A stretch of DNA of 64,000 bases from the NCBI GenBank assembly GCA_030141605.1, contig JAQGDQ010000732.1, forward strand, positions 1-64,000. The letters run 5' to 3'. A model generated the notes under the pieces. The model was not told where the DNA came from. It saw only the letters and a list, made by a program, of their open reading frames with translations, and made no database searches. The position numbers were made by a program, and so were the translations under genes. Positions within the stretch are counted from its first letter, which is position 1; each line of letters starts with the position of its first letter. Origin of the DNA: Tubiluchus corallicola (lineage: Eukaryota > Animalia > Priapulida). Positions 26,020 to 37,996 of the stretch are shown piece by piece.

Positions 26020-27407
26020 CCAGTTCTTTCAGTTGAAATCCAAGTCGATTCTCAAGTCCTTTGGTTTCAAATCCGAATCAAGTCTATAGTCACTGTATAC
26101 CAAGTCCAAGTCAAGCATCGTGTCATCAAGCCCAAGTCCGAGTCAAGCATCGTGTCATCAAGCCCAAGTCCTAGTCAAGCATCGTGTCATCAAGCCCAAG
26201 TCCGAGTCAAGCATCGTGTCATCAAGCCCAAGTCCTAGTCAAGCATCGTGTCATCAAGCCCAAGTCCTAGTCAAGCATCGTGTCATCAAGCCCAAGTCCT
26301 AGTCAAGCATCGTGTCATCAAGCCCAAGTCCTAGTCAAGCATCGTGTCATCAAGCCCAAGTCCTAGTCAAGCATCGTGTCATCAAGCCCAAGTCCTAGTC
26401 AAGCATCGTGTCATCAAGCCCAAGTCCTAGTCAAGCATCGTGTCATCAAGCCCAAGTCCTAGTCAAGCATCGTGTCATCAAGCCCAAGTCCTAGTCAAGC
26501 ATCGTGTCATCAAGCCCAAGTCCTAGTCAAGCATCGTGTCATCAAGCCCAAGTCCTAGTCAAGTCTCAAGCCATTATGTCTACAAATGTCTTCAACGACA
26601 AATCGCATTTCAAGACCCAGTAATACGAGATTTAATCAATCCATCCTGGTTAATTGTAAAAAACTATTCTTATTAATTTTGGTGATATTTTGCTAATAAC
26701 TGCGCTAAATTTACTCAGTAATGTTGACGTTTTATGTTTTGCTATGATACGTCAGACAATCTATGCAAGATTTTTTATCTTACACATAGTATTTTTTATT
26801 TTGTCGCAGTTTTATACTGAGTATCTACAACACAAAAGTGACATTAGAACTAATAGTGCCATCTACAGGAAGTAATTCAAGTTACTGATCACATTTGAGA
26901 AAAACTATTTCACATAACTGACGAATTGTGTGGTCTTACTGGCAAACTTGACTAACGGGCAAGCTAATACTTGGGTAACTAAATACTTCATCAGCCAGTT
27001 TAAAAAGCCTGTGTGTGTTGTCAAGCGGATCTTTAACATCGTAATACGCGGAACAGTTTTTAGCGTTGTGTCAACTCAGACGCAGGGTGAACGTAGAAAA
27101 TTTAATAATTACACTTTACTCATAATACAAATATGACAATGATTAAGGAATTCAAAAGTGGAATTTAATTGCTCTTCGAAGAAAGAACGTTGTAATTACT
27201 TATGTGTAACACGCATAATTATTGTTTGTTTCGTAATGTCCGTACAGTTAGATCAAGTGGGTGCTTCGTCATTTCTAGTAGGAGTCAAGTAGTGAAAAAA
27301 ATCATAAGTCGGAGTCAAGTCTAAAGATAGAAACACGCGAGTCCAAGTCGAGAACTAGTCTAAAAGCAATTACGACTCTTATCGATACTCGAATACTACA
27401 ACGATGC
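26020..27407. mobile_element. Degenerate non-autonomous DNA transposon (hAT-like) with (C/G)AAGTC/GAGTC subterminal motifs
   Basis: CAAGTC/GAGTC motif clusters at both ends (26040-26110, 27280-27390); right end ..ACTCGAATACTACAACGATG. Left end and TSD not resolved. Confidence 0.45.
26109..26563. repeat. 32-bp minisatellite (AGTCAAGCATCGTGTCATCAAGCCCAAGTCCT), ~14 near-identical copies
   Basis: Direct tandem copies with period 32 and no spacers. Confidence 0.96.
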
Positions 27408-27472
27408 AAAACGACGTACTTATTTAATGGACATTATTATAAAAAATATTATTGCGACATCAAAATTGATTG

Positions 27473-27981
27473 TTACCAGATGTCATTTTCTGCAGAATTG
27501 TCTTGCTTTACTTCTGTAGAGTACTCGCTTTCCTTTGAGGGACTCACGGGAGATGTAGTATGATGGCTTTCTTCTGGGGTACCCCCAGAAGAAGTAGAAA
27601 ACGGGCTTTCCCTTGAGGGACCGATGGGAGATGTAGTTTGATGGCTTTCTTCTGGGGTACCCACAGAAGATGTAGAAAACAGGCTTTCCCTTGAGGGACT
27701 CACGGGAGATGTAGTTTGATGGCTTTCTTCTGGGGTACCCCCAGAAGATGTAGAAAACCGGCTTTCCCTTGAGGGACTCACGGGAGATGTAGTTTGATGG
27801 CTTTCTTCCGGGGTACCCACAGAAGATGTAGAAAACAGGCTTTCCCTTGAGGGACTCACGGGAGATGTAGTTTGATGGATTTCTTCCGGGGTACCCACAG
27901 AAGATGTAGAAAACAGGCTTTCCTCGGAGTCACCTGCCCAAAGTACAGAATCCTGACTTCCAAAGGAGGCAACTCCAGGTG
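27473..27981 (-). CDS. Gene A last exon: cytoplasmic tail with five 26-aa (78-bp) Ser/Thr/Pro repeats
   Basis: Acceptor TTTTTTTATTTGTTTACAG|CA at 27982/27981 is phase 1 and in frame with the TM exon. Repeat ESLFSTSSVGTPEESHQTTSPVSPSR; stop TAA at 27473. Confidence 0.75.
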
Positions 27982-28300
27982 CTGTAAACAAATAAAAAAA
28001 GGATTTATCATGTGCTGCCCAACTCCCAAGAAAACATCTTGCACATAAACCAATAACACCACACCCCATGACCGCACCACACCACACCACACCTCACCAC
28101 ACCATTTGACAACATACAGAACTATTCCACAGAAAAACTAGCCCACACAGCCACCACCATTACCACCACCAACACCACCACCACCACCTGGCTCCTGGTG
28201 AAAACAAAAAGTTGTGAGACTTAACTGACACTTTATCTTTTTTACAATTATGATCGTGTAAAGTCTCAGAAGAGCATTATATTATTTTCAAGCTACTTGC

Positions 28301-28411
28301 CTTTTCTCTTCCTTAGAATAAGATACAAAAGAAGCAAAATGGCTATCAGTGATAATAAAGTTGCTGACGAGCCAATCCCTGCACCTATAAATCTCTTTGA
28401 CGATTTTGCAT
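28301..28411 (-). CDS. Gene A TM exon (non-canonical GC donor)
   Basis: Acceptor TTTTTGTTTTCAG|AT. Encodes DAKSSKRFIGAGIGSSATLLSLIAILLLLYLILRKRK, homologous to gene B exon 4. Donor AAAG|GCAAGT lies where gene B has GTAAGT; 111 nt, phase 1-1. Confidence 0.8.
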
Positions 28412-29006
28412 CTGAAAACAAAAACAGTTTCAGAGTATTTGAAAAGTTGTGAAAAAGCAAAACCATTAAAAGACAAAAAATGCTCTGCACATTTAAACTG
28501 CGTGACTTTGTAAGAACTTGGGATCTGACTGTCACATAATTTTTCTTGCTAATGACACGTTCACACTAGTGAGCCTTCTCGCTAAGCTAACTCGAGAAGT
28601 AACTTGCAAGCGTGCCTACCAGAGAGCGAATTACTATCATGCAGCAGACTAGCGGTGATCTTCGTTCACTACTCATTGCGCCAAGAGTAACTTGTTGAGG
28701 CGTTCACACTTGACAAAAACCCGCAGAAAGAATTCGCAGCAGCTGTCACAGAATCTGCAACAACTTGCCTACAGTAACTCGCAAAGCAATACGCACTTGT
28801 GAGTTAGCTGTAGAATTGAAAATTTGCAACTGAAGAATCACTGTCACTTTCTAAATGTCTGAACAAAAAAATAATATCATGCATTCAGACTAGAGAGTTT
28901 TCTGTTCGAAGGTAATGCAAGTAGATCGAAGGTAAGTTTCGAAATTGCAAAGGTGCTATATTGTTGTTAGCTGATGATGTAACTGAACTTGTTGAGCCAT
29001 TATTAC

Positions 29007-29335
29007 CTGCTGATTTAACATAACCTGTTAAGCTTTTATTAGTTGTCGATGTAACAGAACTTGTTAAGTTGTCATCAGCTAATGAAACAGCAGAATTTCT
29101 TGTGCTTATGCTGGTTGTCGGTTTGCCAGATGTAGATGAATTGATACTAACTGAGTCGGCTCTTGTTGTGTTTGTCCTCACCGATTGTGTTGGGCTACCG
29201 AGGCCAGCATCTATCATACTAGAAAAAATTATAAAGGTGTTATTAGCTGGTGGAGCAACAGAACTTGTTAAGCTGTTGTTACCTGTTGATGCAACAGAAC
29301 TTGTTAAGCTTTTACTAGATGTTGAAGTAGCAAAA
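29007..29335 (-). pseudogene. Out-of-frame continuation of the gene A mucin exon past the frameshift
   Basis: A shifted frame reads SFATSTSSKSLTSSVASTGNNSLTSSV..TNTTR..INSSTSGKPTTSI, the same repeat family. Candidate phase-1 donors ACAG|GTAACA (29283) and GCAG|GTAATA (29007). Confidence 0.65.
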
Positions 29336-32300
29336 CTGTTGAGGTAACAGAATTTACTAACTTGTTATCAGCTGACGAAGTAGGAGAACTTGCCGAGGTG
29401 ATACTGCTTGTTGATTCACCAGTTCTAGATGAATTAATACTAGCAGAAGTGTGTCTTGTTATGTTTGGCATCTGCGGTGTTGTGAGTTTACCAACATCAT
29501 CATCAGTTAGATTAGTAGAACTTGTTAATCTTACACTAGCAGACGTCGAATTAACTGAACTTGTTAAGAAGAGATCAGCTGTTGAGATGAAGGATCTGGC
29601 CAAGATGATACTGGTTGTTGGTTTAGAAGAGGTGGTTGAATTAGCACGAGAAGAACTGTGTCTCGTTGTATTTGTACTTTTTGATGTTGCCAGACTAACA
29701 ACATCATCAACTGTTGGTCTGGCAGGACTTTCTAAGATTGTGTCGGCAGAACTTTTTAAGGGATTATTTGGTGCTGAAGTAACATAACTCGCAAAGCTTT
29801 TATTAAATGTTGAAGTAACAGAACTTGTTAAGCTTTTGTTAGCCATTGAAGTAACAGAACTTCTTAAGGTATCATCAGGTGTTAACGTAACAGAACTTGC
29901 TAAACTGTCATCTGTTGTTGAAGTATTGGAGAATGCCGAGGTGATACTGCTTGTTAATTTACCAGAGCCAGTTTGTTTAATACTAGTAGAAGTGTATCTT
30001 GTTGTGTTTGCCATCTTTGGTGTTGTGAGATTACCATTATCATCATCAGTTAGACTAGTAGAACTTGTTAATCTTACGCTGGCAGATGTTGAATTAACTG
30101 AACTTGTTAAGAAGAGATCAGTTGTTGAGATGAAGGATCTGTCCAAGATGATACTAGTTTTTGGTTTAGTAGAGGTAGTTGAATTAGCACTAGAAGAACT
30201 GTATCTCGTTGTATTTGTACTTTTTGATGTTGCCAGACTACTACCATCATCAACTTTTGGTCTGGCAGCACTTGCTAAGATTGTGTTGGTAGATGTTAAT
30301 GCAGCAGAACTTTTTAAGGGATTATTAGCTGCTGAAGTAACAGAACTTGTTAAGCTTTCATTAGCCGTTGAGGTAACTAAACTTGTAAATTTGATATCAT
30401 CTGTTGACGTAACAGAACTTGCTAAATTGGCATCAGCTGTCGAAGTAGGAGAACTTGCCAAATTGACACCGATTGTTGATTTACCAGAGCCAGTTTGTTT
30501 AATACTAGTAGAAGTGTATCTTGTTGTGTTTGCCATCTCTGGTGTTGTGAGATTACCATTATCATCATCAGTTAGACTAGTAGAACTTGTTAATCTTACG
30601 CTGGCAGACGTTGAATTAACTGAACTTGTTGAGAAGAGATCAGTTGTTGAGATGACGGATCTGGCCAGGATGATACTGGTTGTTGGTTTGCTAGAAGTGG
30701 TTGAATTAGCACTAGAAGAACTGTGTCTCGTTGTATTTGTACTTTTTGATGTTGCCAGACTGCTACCATCATCAACTGTTGGTCTGGCGGGACTTGCTAA
30801 GATTGTGTTGGCAGAACTTTTTAAGGGATTATCTGGTGTTGAAGTAACATAACTCGCAAAGCTTTTATTAGATGTTGAAGTAACAGAACTTGTTAAGCTT
30901 TTGTTAACCATTGAATTAACAGAACTTCTTAAGGTATCATCAGGTGTTGACGTAACAGAACTTGCTAAACTGTCATCTGTTGTTGAAGTAGGAGGGCTTG
31001 CCGAGGTGGTACTGCTTGTTAATTTACCAGAGCCAGTTTGTTTAACACTAGTAGAAGTGTATCTTGTTGTGTTTGCCATCTTTGGTGTTGTGAGATTACC
31101 ATTATCATCATCAGTTAGACTAGTAGAACTTGTTAATCTTACGCTGGCAGATGTTGAATTAACTGAACTTGTTAAGAAGTGATCAGTTGTTGAGATGAAG
31201 GATCTGTCCAAGATGATACTAGTTTTTGGTTTAGCAGAGGTAGTTGAATTAGCACTAGAAGAACTGTATCTCGTTGTATTTGTACTTTTTGATGTTGCCA
31301 GACTACTACCATCATCAACTTTTGGTCTGGCAGCACTTGCTAAGATTGTGTTGGTAGATGTTAATGCAGCAGAACTTTTTAAGGGATTATTAGCTGTTGA
31401 AGTAACAGAACTTGTTAAGCTTTCATTAGCCGTTGAGGTAACTAAACTTGTAAATTTGATATCATCTGTTGACGTAACAGAACTTGCTAAATTGGCATCA
31501 GCTGTCGAAGTAGGAGAACTTGCCAAATTGACACCGATTGTTGATTTACCAGAGCCAGTTTGTTTAATACTAGTAGAAGTGTATCTTGTTGTGTTTGCCA
31601 TCTTTGGTGTTGTGAGATTACCATTATCATCATCAGTTAGACTAGTAGAACTTGTTAATCTTACGCTGGCAGATGTTGAATTAACTGAACTTGTTAAGAA
31701 GAGATCAGTTGTTGAGATGAAGGATCTGTCCAAGATGATACTGGTTTTTGGTTTAGTGGAAGTAGTTGAATTAGCACTAGAAGAACTGTATCTCGTTGTA
31801 TTTGTACTTTTTGATGTTGCCAGACTACTACCATCATCAACTTTTGGTCTGGCAGCACTTGCTAAGATTGTGTTGGTAGATGTTAATGCAGCAGAACTTT
31901 TTAAGGGATTATTAGCTGCTGAAGTAACAGAACTTGTTAAGCTTTCATTAGCCGTTGAGGTAACTAAACTTGTAAATTTGATATCATCTGTTGACGTAAC
32001 AGAACTTGCTAAATTGGCATCAGCTGTCGAAGTAGGAGAACTTGCCAAATTGACACCGATTGTTGATTTACCAGAGCCAGTTTGTTTAATACTAGTAGAA
32101 GTGTATCTTGTTGTGTTTGCCATCTTTGGTGTTGTGAGATTACCATTATCATCATCAGTTAGACTAGTAGAACTTGTTAATCTTACGCTGGCAGACGTTG
32201 AATTAACTGAACTTGTTGAGAAGAGATCAGTTGTTGAGATGACGGATCTGGCCAGGATGATACTGGTTGTTGGTTTGCTAGAAGTGGTTGAATTAGCACT

Positions 32301-35300
32301 AGAAGAACTGTGTCTCGTTGTATTTGTACTTTTTGATGTTGCCAGACTGCTACCATCATCAACTGTTGGTCTGGCGGGACTTGCTAAGATTGTGTTGGCA
32401 GAACTTTTTAAGGGATTATCTGGTGTTGAAGTAACATAACTCGCAAAGCTTTTATTAGATGTTGAAGTAACAGAACTTGTTAAGCTTTTGTTAGCCATTG
32501 AAGTAACAGAACTTCTTAAGGTATCATCAGGTGTTGACGTAACAGAACTTGCTAAACTGTCATCTGTTGTTGAAGTAGGAGGGCTTGCCGAGGTGGTACT
32601 GCTTGTTAATTTACCAGAGCCAGTTTGTTTAATACTAGTAGAAGTGTATCTTGTTGTGTTTGCCATCTTTGGTGTTGTGAGATTACCATTATCTTCATCA
32701 GTTAGACTAGTAGAACTTGTTAATCTTACGCTGGCAGATGTTGAATTAACTGAACTTGTTAAGAAGTGATCAGTTGTTGAGATGAAGGATCTGTCCAAGA
32801 TGATGCTAGTTTTTGGTTTAGTAGAGGTAGTTGAATTAGCACTAGAAGAACTGTATCTCGTTGTATTTGTACTTTTTGATGTTGCCAGACTACTACCATC
32901 ATCAACTTTTGGTCTGGCAGCACTTGCTAAGATTGTGTTGGTAGATGTTAATGCAGCAGAACTTTTTAAGGGATTATTAGCTGCTGAAGTAACAGAACTT
33001 GTTAAGCTTTCATTAGCCGTTGAGGTAACTAAACTTGTAAATTTGATATCATCTGTTGACGTAACAGAACTTGCTAAATTGGCATCAGCTGTCGAAGTAG
33101 GAGAACTTGCCAAATTGACACCGATTGTTGATTTACCAGAGCCAGTTTGTTTAATACTAGTAGAAGTGTATCTTGTTGTGTTTGCCATCTCTGGTGTTGT
33201 GAGATTACCATTATCATCATCAGTTAGACTAGTAGAACTGGTTAATCTTACGCTGGCAGATGTTGAACTAACTGAACTTGTTAAGAAGAGATCAGTTGTT
33301 GAGATGACGGATCTGGCCAGGATGATACTGGTTGTTGGTTTAGTAGAGGTGGTTGAATTAGCACTAGAAGAACTGTATCTCGTTGTATTTGTACTTTTTG
33401 ATGTTGCCAGACTAACACCATCATCAACTGTTGGTCTGGCAGGACTTTCTAAGATTGTGTTGGCAGAACTTTTTAAGGGATTATTTGGTGTTGAAGTAAC
33501 ATAACTCGCAAAGCTTTTATTAGATGTTGAAGTAACAGAACTTGTTAAGCTTTTGTTAGCCATTGAAGTAACAGAACTTCTTAAGGTATCATCAGGTGTT
33601 GACGTAACAGAACTTGCTAAACTGTTATCTGTTGTTGAAGTAAGAGAGCTTGCCGAGCGAGTACTGCTTGTTGGTTTACCAGAGCCAGTTTGTTTAATAC
33701 TAGTAGAAGTGTACCTTGTTGTGATTGCCATCTCTGGTGTTGTGAGATTACCATTATCATCATCAGTTAGACTAGTAGAACTTGTTAATCTTACGCTGGC
33801 AGATGTTGAATTAACTGAACTTGTTAAGAAGAGATCAGTTGTTGAGATAAAGGATCTGTCCAAGATGATACTGGTTGTTGGTTTACTAGAGGTGGTTGAA
33901 GTAGCACTAGGAGAACTGTGTCTCGTTGTATTTGTACTTTTTGATGTTGCCAGACTGCTACCATCATCAACTGTTGGTCTGGCAGGACTTTCTAAGATTG
34001 TGTCGGCAGAACTTTTTAAGGGATTATTTGGTGTTGAAGTAACATAACTCGCAAAGCTTTTATTAGATGTTGAAGTAACAGAACTTGTTAAGCTTTTGTT
34101 AGCCATTGAAGTAACAGAACTTCTTGAGGTATCATCAGGTGTTAACGTAACAGAACTTGCTAAACTGTCATCTGTTGTTGAAGTAGGAGGGCTTGCCGAG
34201 GTGGTACTGCTTGTTGATTTACCAGAGCCAGTTTGTTTAATACTAGTAGAAGTGTGTCTTGTTGTGTTTGTCATCTTCGGTGTTGTGAGATTACCATTAT
34301 AATCATCAGTTAGACTAGTAGAACTTGTTAATCTTACACTGGCAGACGTTGAATTAACTGAACCTGTTAGGAAGAGATCAGTTGTTGAGATGAAGGATCT
34401 GGCCAAGGTGATACTGGTTTTTGGTTTAGTAGAGGTAGTTGAATTAGCACTAGAAGAACTGTATCTCGTTGTATTTGTACTTTTTGATGTTGTCTGACTA
34501 ACACCATCATCAACTGTTGGTCTGGCAGGACTTTCTAAGATTGTGTTGGTAGATGTTAATGCGGCAGAACTTTTTAAGGAGTTATTAGGTGTTGAAGTAA
34601 CAGAACTTCTTGAGGTGTCATCAGCTGTTGACATAACAGAACTTGCTAAGTTGTTATCAGCTGTTGAAGTAGGAGAACTGGCCGAGGTGGTACTGATTGT
34701 TGATTTACCTGAGCTAGTTGAATTAATACTAGCAGAAGTGAGTCTTGTTATATTTGTCATTGTCAATGTTGTGAGACTACCACCATTACCATCTGTTGAT
34801 CCGGTGGACGTTGTTAAGCTCATATCAGTAGATGCTGAAGCAACAGAACTTTTTAGGGGATTATTAGTTGATAAAGTAACAGAACTGGTTATGGTGTCAT
34901 CAGCTGTTGTGGTAGCAGAATGTGCCGAGGGAATATTGGATGTTGGTTTACCAATTGTAAATGAATTAGTACTAACAGAAGTGCTTCTTGTTGTATTTGT
35001 TTTCATAAGAGATGTGAGGCTACCACCATCATCATCAGTTAGACTAGCAGAACTTCTTAAGTTTATATTTGTAGAAGTTGGACTGGTAGAACTTGTTAAG
35101 GTGAATTTAGCTGTTGAGAAAGCAGAATTTCCCAAGGTGATACTAGTAGTTGGTAGTCCATTTGTAGTTGAATTTATATAAGCAAACGTGCGTGTTGCTG
35201 TTTTTGTCATCTCTAATGTTGAAGGACTAACATCACCACCACCAGATGGACTAGTGGAAACTTTTGATGTGCTATCAGCCATTGAAGAAATAGAACTCAT

Positions 35301-35757
35301 GAAACTGTAGTCTGCTGTTGTAGTAACAGAAATTGACAAGGTGTTGTCATCTGCTGAGGCAGCAGAATTTATTGAGCTCACATTAGCTATTAGTTTACCA
35401 GAGGTGGCTGATTTAGTCCTTGAAGACATTGTACTAATAGACCTTGTTGAACTGATGGTGGTTGTTGACGATGGTGTAGGCAAAGGTATGGGCGGGAGTG
35501 GTTTATCTTTGGCCGAAAATGCTGCAATCAGCAACGAAAAAAGCCCTGCGAATAATGATCCGATAAACCCAAAAATACCCTTTAATGGTCCTATTGGTAA
35601 TAATCCTATTGGCCCCAGCCTTGGGAAAGCAATCCCACCACCACCGCCACCACCACCCCCACCATCACCACCCCCATCACCATCAGCATCACCATCGGGA
35701 TCTTTGATATCTTCATCATCATCATTATCATAATCATCATCATCGTCATCGTCGTCG

Positions 35758-35793
<36 letters not shown>

Positions 35794-37483
35794 GTTGTAG
35801 TAGCAACAGTTGTTGTAGAGGTTGCTGTAGAGGTTGTTGTAGAGGTTGCTGTAGTGGAAGAAGTGCTGATAGTGCTGGAAGTTGAGCAGTTACTAGCTGT
35901 AGATGTAATAGAACTTGTGGAGTTGATAATGTTTGTGGTATTTATCATTGTCGTTGTAGCATTAGTAGTCATCATTGTTGTATTCATCATTGTTGTTGTA
36001 GCATTAGTAGTCATCGCTGTTGTATTCATCATTGTTGTTGTAGCATTAGTAGTCATTGCTGTAGTATTCATCATTGTTGTTGTAGCATTAGTAGTCATTG
36101 CTGTTGTATTCATCATTGTTGTTGTAGCATTAGTAGTCATTGCTGTTGTATTCATCATTGTTGTTGTAGCATTAGTAGTCATCGCTGTTGTATTCATCAT
36201 TGTTGTTGTAGCATTAGTAGTCATTGCTGTTGTATTCATCATTGTTGTTGTAGCATTAGTAGTCATTGCTGTTGTATTCACTATTGTTGTTGTAGCATTA
36301 GTAGTCATCGCTGTCGTATTCATCATTGTTGTCGTAGCATTAGTAGTCATCATTGTTGTATTTATCATTGTTGTCGTAGCATTAGTAGTCAATGCTGTTG
36401 TATTCATCATTGTTGTTGTAGCATTAGTAGTCATCGCTGTTGTATTCATCATTGTTGTTGTAGCATTAGTAGTCATCGCTGTTGTATTCATCATTGTTGT
36501 TGTAGCATTAGTAGTCATCGCTGTTGTATTCATCATTGTTGTTGTAGCATTAGTAGTCATCGCTGTTGTATTCATCATTGTTGTTGTAGCATTAGTAGTC
36601 ATCGCTGTTGTATTCATCATTGTTGTTGTAGCATTAGTAGTCATCGCTGTTGTATTCATCATTGTTGTTGTAGCATTAGTAGTCATCGCTGTTGTATACA
36701 TCATTGTTGTTGTAGCATTAGTAGTCATCGCTGTTGTATTCATCATTGTTGTTGTAGCATTAGTAGTCATTGCTGTTGTATTCATCATTGTTGTTGTAGC
36801 ATTAGTAGTCATCGCTGTTGTATTCATCATTGTTGTTGTAGCATTAGTAGTCATCGCTGTTGTATTCATCATTGTCGTTGTAGCATTAGTAATCATTGCA
36901 CTTGTATTCATCATTGTTGTTGTAGCATTAAGAGTCATCGCTGTCGTATTCATCATTGTTGTGTTCATTGCTGTTGTATTCATCATTGTTGTGTTCATCA
37001 TTGTTGTGCTCATCATTGTTGTGTTCATCATTGTTGTGTTCATCATTGTTGTATTCATCATTGTTGTGTTCATCATTGTTGTGTTCATCATTGTTGTGTT
37101 CATCATTGTTGTGTTCATCATTGTTGTGTTCATCATTGTTGTGTTCATCATTGTTGTATTCATCATTGTTGTGTTCATCATTGTTGTGTTCATCATTGTT
37201 GTATTCATCATTGTTGTATTCATCATTGTTGTGTTCATCATTGTTGTATTCATCATTGTTGTATTCATCATTGTTGTGTTCATCATTGTTGTATTTGCTG
37301 ATAATGTAGTTGTTTCTTTTGCAAGGCATAGCATTTTTTCATTTTTAAAATAAATACATTCTTCTGTAAAATCACTGCGGCTAGCGTTAAGAACTTCGTC
37401 AGGATAATAACAATCAACTATTGACTGTCTCCAATTTTGTGTCTTTATCCATAACAGTTGACAGTCGCAAATGAGGCAAAGGC
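29304..37483 (-). CDS. Gene A exon 11: LRRCT plus giant mucin-like Ser/Thr/Asn/Met stalk (~2700 aa), ending at a frameshift-derived stop
   Basis: Acceptor ATTTTCAG|GC at 37484/37483; GLCLICDCQLLW.. runs in frame into the 2676-aa ORF. Confidence 0.88.
29400..35200 (-). repeat. Coding tandem repeat of 522-bp (174 aa) and 543-bp (181 aa) units, ~10-11 copies
   Basis: Anchor ACCAGAGCCA (KQTGSGK) at 29961, 30483, 31026, 31548, 32070, 32613, 33135, 33678, 34221; spacings 522, 543, 522, 522, 543, 522, 543, 543. Confidence 0.95.
35935..36945 (-). repeat. Coding 42-bp repeat (MMNTTAMTTNATTT), ~24 copies
   Basis: Directly visible in DNA and translation. Confidence 0.95.
36946..37293 (-). repeat. Coding 15-bp repeat (NTTMM), ~22-23 copies
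   Basis: Directly visible (TTCATCATTGTTGT[G/A])n. Confidence 0.95.
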
Positions 37484-37996
37484 CTGAAAATATAAGAGAA
37501 ATTGCTATTTATATTTGCATTTAAAAGCATAACTGGTCATAAAGCAATACCAGCTGTTAAGTTTTCCTAAACTTGCAAATATTTTCATTTTCCTTGTTTG
37601 TGTACAATTTGTTCCTGGACAAATTAGATCAAATTTTTTTATGAGAAACCACTCTTGAGAAAATTGTTTAGTGCAAAATACGAGTTTATGACAATTTTCT
37701 AAATTCGAAAAGTTTTATATCTTCAAGCAAAGAAAACAAGAGCCATACTATTCAAAGACTTTTATAAACAATTGCGATGTTTAGAAAATGAGTCTCCTGT
37801 GAAGATATTTGTACTTGTCAGTGCTTCTGCCTTTGCAATTACACACGATTTTCCTTATTGTCACATTTTTAAAATTCGCTATTTGATGCCAGTTTAGGGG
37901 CTGCATTGCATGTAAAACTGGAAAAAAGTAGTATAATAACCACATGCATAGAATGTTATTAAACTGATGAGCAATACAACTCTTTATCATACTGAC

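Noticed and set aside
26109-26563. 32-bp repeats of CRISPR-like length (also the 27-bp array at 12125 and the 31-bp array at 18375)
   Set aside because: Head-to-tail with no unique spacers, no cas genes, eukaryotic context.
28555-28830. GTTCACACT/AGTAACTCG motif cluster (similar at ~1500-1610) resembling Harbinger-type MITEs
   Set aside because: No TIR pair or TSD could be defined; too degenerate to call.
36928-37329. (HNNDE)n and poly-Met (35606-35806) alternative-frame ORFs
   Set aside because: Off-frame readings of coding repeats; the spliced LRRCT frame leads into the NTTMM and poly-Asp frame.
29069-37353. Series of long plus-strand Val/Leu/Glu-rich ORFs, including a 499-aa hydrophobic one
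   Set aside because: Antisense shadows of the Ser/Thr/Asn codon repeats of gene A exon 11; they break at the same repeat positions and have no independent gene structure.
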